In this document: piece after piece, positions 63,111 through 64,000 of the stretch
Layout of the letters: every line of letters begins with the position of its first letter
How positions within the stretch are numbered: the stretch's first letter is position 1
Source of the DNA: Sphyrna mokarran
Lineage: Eukaryota
Direction: 5' to 3'
Length of the DNA: 64,000 nt
Assembly: GCA_024679065.1 (NCBI GenBank)
Contig: JAGIQG010000009.1
Coordinates: 95,604,001 to 95,668,000 of the forward strand
Notes under the pieces: model-generated
Told to the model about the DNA's origin: nothing
Database searches by the model: none
What the model saw: only the letters and a program-made list of their open reading frames with translations
Position numbers and translations under genes: made by a program

Positions 63111-64000
63111 ACTTGGAACTTTAACTTATGCTCAGCACCCTCTTCCCCTGCCCACCACTCCCCCTCACCCCAACTATATACAAATGCCAAGGTAGCTCTA
63201 TCGAAGAGGATGCAGCAGTGGGACATGTTACAGTGATTCAGATGAAATGTGTACGGAAACATTGCACATTCTTCACCTCTCATCTCGGTTATTTCCGAAG
63301 ACATTTAAGAGACAATCGCATTGCTGTGGTTTTGGATTAAAATGTAGAGCAGACCAGGTAAGGACAGCAGATTTCCTTCCTTCAAGGACATTAGTGAATG
63401 AGATAGGTTTTTACAACAGTTGGCAATGGCTTCGTGGTCATCGTTAGACTTTTTTTTTATTGAGTTCAATTTCCATTCTCTCCCATAATGGGATTCAATC
63501 CAGGTTCCCAGAGCTTTATCCTGTGTCTCTGGATTCCTATTTAGTGACAATACCTCAACACTACCAGCATGGGAAGTACCGGGCATGTATCACACACCTT
63601 GATGTCTGATGGGTTATCAAAATCAGGAATTACTACTTGGGGAGGTGGAACTGGATAGGAACACAAAGGTCACCTTCCTGCATCTTAGAGATCTTAATCT
63701 GGAATGAGAGGCTGGAATGATAAAAGATTATTGTGATCCAGTTAAAGAGATGTGCAAAGATCTGATTTCATCTTCACTAATAATCCCATGTGGTAATTTG
63801 TTTTGAAAGTCCATATACATATATCCACCAAATATTCCCATCACGATTAGTTACCACCTCTTGATGTGCATTTCTGAACTTGTAATGGTCCCTCTGCTGT
63901 GGGAGCAGAGAGGATTGTCACTCTGCCTCTGCTGTTCTCAGCCAGACTCTCTGGTCTAAACACAACACCCTGCCCCCAGCTACTGTGGGGACCTGTGGCC

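Overview
Eukaryotic genomic DNA, most likely from a cartilaginous fish (shark-type class I leader and domains, CR1 LINEs, tRNA-derived SINEs, Penelope elements). The species cannot be fixed from sequence alone. The window holds a tandem array of three minus-strand MHC class I heavy-chain paralogues, each in a segmental duplication unit of roughly 22-25 kb. Gene A (leader, alpha1, alpha2 and alpha3 exons at 5665-7444) has an open frame, but its TM and cytoplasmic exons are not in the window. Gene B (19706-31386) is a pseudogene with several independent lesions. Gene C (43003-53571) is complete, with 7 coding exons and 343 aa by manual splicing. A fourth, orphan promoter plus leader exon lies at 57390-57670, and older leader-like relics lie near 32649 and 60000. 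All copies lack several classical peptide-anchoring residues, so they look non-classical, and they diverge mainly in the groove. The rest is CR1, Rex1/Babar-like and Penelope retroelements, SINEs, an LTR remnant and several satellites, with one N gap at 44000-44233. Fine structure worth checking: repeats that reiterate splice donors, an 18-bp promoter micro-inversion between two inverted CCAAT boxes, an X/X2/Y module, an intronic CCAAT array, hammerhead-like motifs, fold-back hairpins, and a CpG-palindrome minisatellite. All coordinates and alignments were done by eye.
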